A DNA stretch of 62,336 bases, counting the filler, from Basidiobolus ranarum (lineage: Eukaryota): assembly GCA_040143965.1 (NCBI GenBank). It is 10 parts of 10 records of this genome, joined end to end, with 100 filler letters (N's around TTAATTAATTAA, not from the genome) between each part and the next. Parts side by side here need not be neighbours in the genome. Positions count along the whole stretch, not along the records: positions 56,208 to 62,336 come from JASJQH010008278.1; 9 more parts are not named here. The stretch is one strand, 5' to 3'. A model generated the notes under the pieces. It was not told the origin of the DNA. It was given only the letters and a program-made list of their open reading frames with translations, and searched no databases. Below, piece after piece: positions 61,618 through 62,336 of the stretch; within the stretch, counting starts at the first letter, position 1, and each line of letters begins with the position of its first letter. The translations under genes were made by a program, and so were the position numbers.

Positions 61618-62301
61618 ATCGAGTCTTGGGTGATAGATTAATGCTAGTTATTAAGCTTTAGTCAACCCCTTAAAATTAGGCGAAGATTAAATACTGAAGT
61701 CGTTGGGAAGCCTGACCTCCGAAATTTTCTTTCATCAAATCAATCACTTCCATTTGCAGGTTAAATTCTCTCAATAATACCATAATTGCCACCAGATGGA
61801 CCTCCCTTCCAGGGTTTGACCAACATCAAAGATGCTTGATTGGAGGCCGCTCTTTTGGGATATTTGTAGAGTTCATTTTGATCTGGACTTTATGTAACAA
61901 TCTTTCGAAATGAAACTGCCTGCCTGCATATATCCGTATGCTTTTAGAAATCATTTGGTTTGACAACTTCACCCGAAAGGATTTTTCGAACTTCCAAAAT
62001 AGTGCCTTTGTCATTCAAATTAGTTATTACCAATTCATGCACCAAACACTATCAGATTCTATTCGCTTGACAAGTTTATGCCACAAACATCCAACGTGTA
62101 TTCACCTCATCTTCTCAGTTACTGGGCCTTCCTTGATTAGCTAGCTTGACCCAAAATCCTCATGAAAGAGTAGGAATACCAGCCTGGACTTGACGATGAT
62201 GTTAAGCAAACCTCTATAGTTATAGGCGGAATATTTATTCAACCAGAAGAGCCGTTTTCGTTTTCTACGGGCTCGACTGGATTCTTTCAAATCCTTCGAA
62301 A

Positions 62302-62336
62302 GTAGCGAAAACCACGGGATTGTTTAAGTTTATTGA
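62302..62336 (-). mobile_element. Probable right end of a further Fanzor-family element (cut by contig end)
   Basis: gtagcgaaaaccac-gggattgtttaagtttattga aligns with gtagcgataaccacacaggattatttgctttttga at 19412-19446. Confidence 0.5.

Overview
This window is not one locus. It is ten unrelated contigs of about 6.1 kb (1-6157, 6258-12412, 12513-18664, 18765-24912, 25013-31157, 31258-37399, 37500-43638, 43739-49875, 49976-56107, 56208-62336), sorted by decreasing length and joined by 100-nt N-TTAATTAATTAA-N linkers, so adjacency across linkers means nothing. The DNA is AT-rich and fungal, with short GT-AG introns. An early-diverging fungus such as Basidiobolus is plausible, but that is inference. 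Housekeeping genes include a Pho80-family cyclin, a PX-domain protein (YPR097W-like), pirin, adenylate cyclase, AP-3 beta, HMG-CoA reductase, NIF3, ALG12 and an HDHD5-like HAD hydrolase. Accessory genes include a class-3 lipase, two related Cys-rich secreted peptides, a possible beta-trefoil secreted protein and the thioesterase end of an atromentin/quinone-synthetase-like NRPS-like enzyme. Decayed, CpG-depleted Copia, CACTA and hAT-like elements fill several contigs. The most notable signal is an intron-containing Fanzor1 family (eukaryotic TnpB-like RNA-guided nuclease). There are two decayed coding copies (1-1173 and 19407-20660, both minus strand) and a probable third element end at 62302-62336 that helps place the putative omegaRNA/guide boundary. 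Also notable is a repeated retroelement-like 3' end with a telomere-type (TAACCC) tail, one copy of which sits exactly at a gene-breaking junction. All family calls come from motif recognition by eye; no database search was run.
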